The notes under the pieces are model-generated. The model made no database searches and was not told the origin of the DNA. It saw only the letters and a list, made by a program, of their open reading frames with translations. This document shows, piece after piece, positions 63,999 to 64,000 of a stretch of DNA of 64,000 bases; within the stretch, counting starts at the first letter, position 1, and each line of letters begins with the position of its first letter. The position numbers and the translations under genes were made by a program. Source of the DNA: a virus; IMG/VR virus record IMGVR_UViG_3300035670_000083, positions 1 through 64,000 of that record; one strand, written 5' to 3'.

Positions 63999-64000
63999 TC

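Noticed and set aside
1-64000. tRNA, rRNA or diversity-generating retroelement
   Set aside because: No cloverleaf, rRNA-like segment, reverse transcriptase or template/variable repeat pair was recognised by eye. tRNAscan-SE and Infernal would be needed to be sure.

Overview
A 64 kb, very AT-rich segment of a large (jumbo-type) T4-related myophage. Evidence: tail sheath, T4-like primase, UvsX, family B DNA polymerase fragment and large terminase. The host is most likely Bacteroidota, judging from TAnnTTTG promoters, no evident Shine-Dalgarno sequences, and a small lipoprotein with D-S/T-T motifs. It carries auxiliary genes (type II glutamine synthetase, NAMPT plus NMNAT-Nudix, PPK2, ClpS, a Cys-rich copper-storage-like protein, an IleRS-like fragment). 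The terminase is fractured by an atypically split intein with a free-standing endonuclease gene between the halves. The standout is 40.95-47.55 kb, an integron-like cassette array next to an intact tyrosine recombinase that lacks the IntI-specific insertion. About ten small single-gene cassettes are separated by TAACG-[11-23 bp hairpin]-GTTA sites. Each intact cassette has its own 15-26 bp terminal inverted repeat, and stem mismatches are mostly G:T on the + strand. An unpaired attI-like half-site abuts the integrase, and cassettes decay with distance from it. Most cassette proteins start with the same K-x-x-K-x-F/Y-x-x-(F)-x-E leader found on more than 20 other genes in the window, which resembles the T4 capsid-targeting sequence. 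In two sites the hairpin loop itself encodes a late-type promoter and this leader, fused in frame at the GTT core to unrelated payloads. Working hypothesis (inference): a phage integron-like system that collects and shuffles virion-packaged effector proteins. All calls are by eye; no database searches were run.
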